From: PVC group bacterium
Lineage (GTDB): Bacteria > GCA-001730085 > JADFSZ01
NCBI GenBank assembly: GCA_022560555.1
Contig: JADFSZ010000044.1
Location: 1 to 10,889 of the forward strand
Length of the DNA stretch: 10,889 nt
Direction of reading: 5' to 3'
Positions within the stretch are counted from its first letter, which is position 1; the number at the start of each line of letters is the position of its first letter. The position numbers and the translations under genes are program-made. Shown in pieces: positions 7,746 to 10,889 of the stretch. Under the pieces are notes generated by a model, which was not told the origin of the DNA, searched no databases, and saw only the letters and a program-made list of their open reading frames with translations.

Positions 7746-10586
7746 TCATTCGAGCTCGATCGAAATTGTATGTTCACCATCAGGAAACGGCTTGATAAGA
7801 TTGCCTTCGATTTTTTTACCATCTACCAAAATCGAACGAATCTCGGCTGTACCGCCGTTCGTCTTTTTGAGCTTGTATTTTGCACAATACCGTGCCCCGC
7901 GAAAATTAAAGGTAAATTCAATTTTATCCATATCTTTTCTTCTTGGCAAGCACGGATCAATGCGTAATCCGCCTTCTTCACCCCGTATCCCTAAAACAAA
8001 ACGCTCAAAATTGATCCGTGTCCAAACAGCGGATCCAGTCAGCATCGGATATTCCCCTTTTCCCGCTATGTTCGGATTGTCCGATGAAACCCAGTACTCC
8101 GGCAACCAAGGCAGGATCATCGACTGCATCTGTGAGTGCCGGACAGGATTGATGCCGTCCCACACCTTAAAAGCGCTTTCGGCTTTTTTAAGACGAGCGA
8201 GCGCATTCATATAAAACAAATTCGCGTGATTGAAAATAGCACTATTTTCTTTGGTTCCCGCGGCAAAACCAGTAATTCGGCCAATATCTTTATCGAATGT
8301 TTCATAAGCGGGATAATTAAGTTTATACCCTCCGACTTTTGTATCATAAAGATATTTATCCACGGCTTGAATCATGGTTGCGAGACGCTCTCCCTCGACG
8401 ACACCGGAAAATATGGCAAAAGCCTGGGGCATAAGATAAATGGCTAAATCCTGGTTTTGAGGCCCCTTAATCGCTTGCCCCTCGTGATCAAAATACGCAA
8501 TATAATATTCGCCGGTCCAGGCCTTCTCATTGATACAGTTCTTCATGAGCACAGATTTTTCGTTGAGATCATTTATGAGTTCCCGAAGTTCGACATTCTC
8601 CTTTTCACCCGAAGAACGAATGTTAACGCTATCTACATAGGCTTTCAAGCGACTGCGCTTCTCAACGATAGAGCTGCGATTGTTCGCGATCAACACCCTA
8701 AGTTCTTTCGCGATCGGTGTCTCTGTTATGTTGTGATTTTTTAACAGCTTTTCCAAATACTTAGCCAGGTCTCGACAGTCTTCCACAAAACCCATAGAGA
8801 ACGTCACGCTCTCCCCTCGTGTCTGATCAACGGCGTCATTCCAATCCGCGCGTTTCACAGCCAGTAAATCATTTTTCCCCACATCAAAAAACATAGGATA
8901 AAGCTGACATAAAAGATGCTCCAGAATTGTCCCCGTCGCGTTTGTATTCATTTTGTTTTTCAAAAATCCTACAGTCCCTTTCGCCCAGCCTTCGTCCTTC
9001 GTATCGCCACGATCAATATAAAGATCACGAAAATAGCGTATGCCGTCATGAAATAGAAATTTTGGATTTCCGACATGCTCCGCGTAAATCAAAATCGTTT
9101 GTGTTGTCCAATAGGGATGATCACACCATAAACCGTTGACTTCATCGGATCCGAATTTACGGGTTCGGACAAAAAAACGGGTGGCATTCGTACCGTCCAT
9201 CCGGATCCCCTCAAGCGTGCGGATCAGATGCTCTTCCATCTTATCTGAATCCATCAGTATGGTTCCGATCATATCCTGCCAGATTTCCCGCCACCCGCAA
9301 AAGTCAGACCCATAATCAAATTGAGGATGCCCTGTGTTCCCAAACCAAAATCTGAGCTGCAATTGATACAGCCACCACTTATTCCAGGAGAAATCAAAAT
9401 CCTTGTTTTTTGTTTTAATAACCCTCTTCGTCGTCATCTTTTGCCAATAATCATAGACTTCAATAAGAGACTTCTCGATCACAGGAGGAGTGTATTTCTT
9501 TATAACATTGTCCTTTTCCTGGCGGTCAAAAGCAATCCCTGTTATGACGTATAGCTTAATGGATTGCCCTGGTTCCAAAAGGATATTTTTAAATTCAATG
9601 GCTCCGACGGCCTCTTCGCCGAGCATCTCGCGGTCCGGAGGCGTATCTGTGAGAAGGCTCAGGGGTTCTCCCCACTGGTTATGAGCTCCAAGAAAAGTAT
9701 CCCGGTCCGTATAAAACCGGTCCGGTGCTTTCGAATTTTCCAATGACGCTTTCATAAAATAGTTAATCGAACTGGGATCCGTAGCCCCTTCGACCCACTC
9801 GAGGCCGGGATGGATTGAAATCACGGATTCTTTTTTGTCAATTTCAGTTTTATTGTAAAGGCGAACAACATCACGGTGATATTCAACATAAGCGCGGTTA
9901 CCGCCAAAAATGGGTACACACGGAATGGCGTCGATCTTTTGGGTTTTGGAGGAAATATTTTTAATATCCGCTATCCATAGCTCCACTTTGTCGTTCATAG
10001 GGACAAAAACCGTCATTTTTGCTTCGAGCCCCACGCATTCTGTCCTATTAAAAAGGGTCACACTTCCTAAATCGTATGTGGTACGAAAAAGATCCGGAAA
10101 TATTTTTCGCTGCGGAGCAAAATTCATAGCCCACAACAATCCGCTTTCTAAGCGTATCCAAAGAACCCGCCCCTGATCTTTCGGAAATTGGTGGGCATCA
10201 AATTCGCCAAACATTCTCGTGTAATCAAATCCGGAATAACCGCGCAAGAATTGATCGCATATAGAAAAATACTCAGTCCCTGTCGCGGTCATCATGACAT
10301 ACGGTTGAGGAAGGCAATGAGCGTTCTCGATCACACAGCGCCCAGAGTCATCAAAGCACCAGAGTTTTCCTTGTCCCTTTTGACGTAAAAATAGTGATTC
10401 GGGGACCGATCTCACAAGATAAAGATGTCCATTATCTTCAACAACACTCTGGACATTGCCATCTCGCATGACCGGATCTAAATACCATTTATGACGGCCG
10501 AATTGTTTATCGAGATCCTTTTTTATATTTTTACAAGACTTCGATGAAGATTCTTTTTTTATGCCTTTTGATGATTTCTTTACCAT
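7746..10586 (-). CDS. GH94-type (cellobiose/chitobiose/beta-glucan phosphorylase superfamily) glycoside phosphorylase-like protein; substrate unknown
   Basis: This is a large ORF (964 aa raw, about 946 aa from the preferred start). The GH94-like N-domain opens with LWCFDDSGRCVIENAHCLPQPY (compare FDDxxREYVIxxPxTPxPW in cellobiose phosphorylases). GWREIWQD corresponds to the G(F/Y)RDxxQD motif. KRADWNDAVDQTRGESV corresponds to the RADWND segment that holds the GH94 general-acid Asp. GTKENSAIFNHANLF corresponds to ENGGIFxHA with the phosphate-binding His. The C-terminus is a beta-sandwich-like tail. Start is ambiguous: ATG 10586 is preceded by GAGAGG, ATG 10598 forms an ATGA overlap with the nadK stop, and ATG 10640 would overlap nadK by 46 nt. 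Confidence 0.75.
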   Translation of the reverse strand: MVKKSSKGIKKESSSKSCKNIKKDLDKQFGRHKWYLDPVMRDGNVQSVVEDNGHLYLVRSVPESLFLRQKGQGKLWCFDDSGRCVIENAHCLPQPYVMMTATGTEYFSICDQFLRGYSGFDYTRMFGEFDAHQFPKDQGRVLWIRLESGLLWAMNFAPQRKIFPDLFRTTYDLGSVTLFNRTECVGLEAKMTVFVPMNDKVELWIADIKNISSKTQKIDAIPCVPIFGGNRAYVEYHRDVVRLYNKTEIDKKESVISIHPGLEWVEGATDPSSINYFMKASLENSKAPDRFYTDRDTFLGAHNQWGEPLSLLTDTPPDREMLGEEAVGAIEFKNILLEPGQSIKLYVITGIAFDRQEKDNVIKKYTPPVIEKSLIEVYDYWQKMTTKRVIKTKNKDFDFSWNKWWLYQLQLRFWFGNTGHPQFDYGSDFCGWREIWQDMIGTILMDSDKMEEHLIRTLEGIRMDGTNATRFFVRTRKFGSDEVNGLWCDHPYWTTQTILIYAEHVGNPKFLFHDGIRYFRDLYIDRGDTKDEGWAKGTVGFLKNKMNTNATGTILEHLLCQLYPMFFDVGKNDLLAVKRADWNDAVDQTRGESVTFSMGFVEDCRDLAKYLEKLLKNHNITETPIAKELRVLIANNRSSIVEKRSRLKAYVDSVNIRSSGEKENVELRELINDLNEKSVLMKNCINEKAWTGEYYIAYFDHEGQAIKGPQNQDLAIYLMPQAFAIFSGVVEGERLATMIQAVDKYLYDTKVGGYKLNYPAYETFDKDIGRITGFAAGTKENSAIFNHANLFYMNALARLKKAESAFKVWDGINPVRHSQMQSMILPWLPEYWVSSDNPNIAGKGEYPMLTGSAVWTRINFERFVLGIRGEEGGLRIDPCLPRRKDMDKIEFTFNFRGARYCAKYKLKKTNGGTAEIRSILVDGKKIEGNLIKPFPDGEHTISIELE

Positions 10587-10590
10587 GCTG

Positions 10591-10596
10591 CCTCTC
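10591..10596 (-). promoter_or_regulatory. Probable Shine-Dalgarno (GAGAGG) for the GH94-like gene, overlapping the nadK stop codon
   Basis: The minus strand reads TATATGAGAGGCAGCATG. GAGAGG lies 4 nt upstream of the ATG at 10586 and overlaps the TGA stop of nadK (10595-10597). Confidence 0.4.
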
Positions 10597-10889
10597 ATAT
10601 ATACCCACGCCATCCAAGCTTTGTTTTTAGAACATCCCAATAGCTGTTTTCGTTTTTAGCCGCCAAAAGCACATAATAAGGTGATACTTTGATTTCAGCA
10701 TGACACGCGCTGTCAAATTTTATTTGACGTTGACCGTCAACCGTGAGAATCGCACACTCGTTTAATTTAGGGACCATACAAACACTGATTTTGCGTTTTC
10801 CCGATACCAACAAAGGGCGGTTGGTTAAAGTGTGCGGACAGATAGGCATAATGATCAGATTATTTAATTCCGGATAAACAATCGGGCCG
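10595..10889 (-). CDS. nadK: NAD kinase, C-terminal part (5' end lies beyond the window edge)
   Basis: The frame stays open to the window end. Translating past the listed Met gives GPIVYPELNNLIIMPICPHTLTNRPLLV..., which matches the conserved NAD kinase segment GGPIv.P....i.tPI.PH.L..RP.v. This is followed by TVDGQ and the C-terminal KLGW, both typical of NadK/PpnK. Confidence 0.88.
   Translation of the reverse strand, partial: GPIVYPELNNLIIMPICPHTLTNRPLLVSGKRKISVCMVPKLNECAILTVDGQRQIKFDSACHAEIKVSPYYVLLAAKNENSYWDVLKTKLGWRGYI

Noticed and set aside
7742-7822. The longer nnrD start (ATG 7822 or 7780), giving a 319-aa or 305-aa protein
   Set aside because: This start would overlap the 3' end of the upstream phosphorylase gene by 35-77 nt. 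The added residues (MVKKSKAILSSRFLMVNIQFRSSSNDD) have no counterpart in stand-alone NnrD homologues. The Met at 7741 reproduces the usual distance of about 20 residues to the HKG motif.
7792-8214. A 140-aa plus-strand ORF, plus many other 60-103-aa plus-strand ORFs between 7719 and 10388, all antisense to the GH94-like gene
   Set aside because: These ORFs lie entirely inside a minus-strand gene that has strong homology signatures. Their translations are low-complexity (S/P/R/F/I-rich) with no recognisable motifs, and no RBS is evident. They are typical antisense shadow ORFs.
10587-10640. The longest-ORF start for the GH94-like gene (ATG 10640, MGCSKNKAWMAWVYMRGS...)
   Set aside because: It would overlap the conserved C-terminus of nadK by 46 nt and has no RBS. 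Downstream starts at 10598 (ATGA coupling) or 10586 (GAGAGG SD) are more plausible. I cannot choose between those two from the sequence alone.
7746-10640. The GH94-like gene as a horizontally acquired island
   Set aside because: There are no flanking repeats, tRNA, integrase or visible compositional break. The gene is translationally coupled to housekeeping neighbours on both sides. Quantitative GC or codon-usage statistics would be needed and could not be computed here.
1-10889. A search for CRISPR arrays, tRNA/rRNA/ncRNA genes, IS elements, toxin-antitoxin pairs or defence modules
   Set aside because: Non-coding space totals only about 200 nt. No spaced direct repeats, cloverleaf-capable segments, terminal inverted repeats, or small paired ORFs with plausible motifs were seen on either strand.

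Overview
The window is almost entirely coding. It holds seven co-directional genes, all on the minus strand, with gaps of 72 nt or less or short overlaps. In transcription order (high to low coordinates) they are: the 3' part of an NAD kinase gene (nadK, truncated by the window edge), a large divergent GH94-type glycoside phosphorylase-like gene, a stand-alone NAD(P)H-hydrate dehydratase (nnrD), a family-4 (Fe-S) uracil-DNA glycosylase, the lipid II flippase murJ, the preprotein translocase ATPase secA, and apolipoprotein N-acyltransferase lnt. The content is core housekeeping for a diderm bacterium: envelope biogenesis, secretion, base-excision repair and NAD(P) maintenance. I cannot assign a taxon from the sequence alone. 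I found no tRNA, rRNA, CRISPR array, transposase, integrase, long repeat, convincing rho-independent terminator or recognisable defence or toxin module. Only about 200 nt is non-coding (1-83, 4532-4565, 6132-6203, 10587-10594). I do not see a novel multi-gene system here. The only component that is not routine is the GH94-like phosphorylase. Its catalytic signatures are intact, but it has a lysine/serine-rich N-terminal extension and an apparent insertion in the catalytic domain, and it sits translationally coupled between two NAD(P)-metabolism genes. The remaining observations (start-site ambiguities, gene overlaps, an enlarged SecA preprotein-binding region, a small tandem repeat upstream of murJ) are minor.
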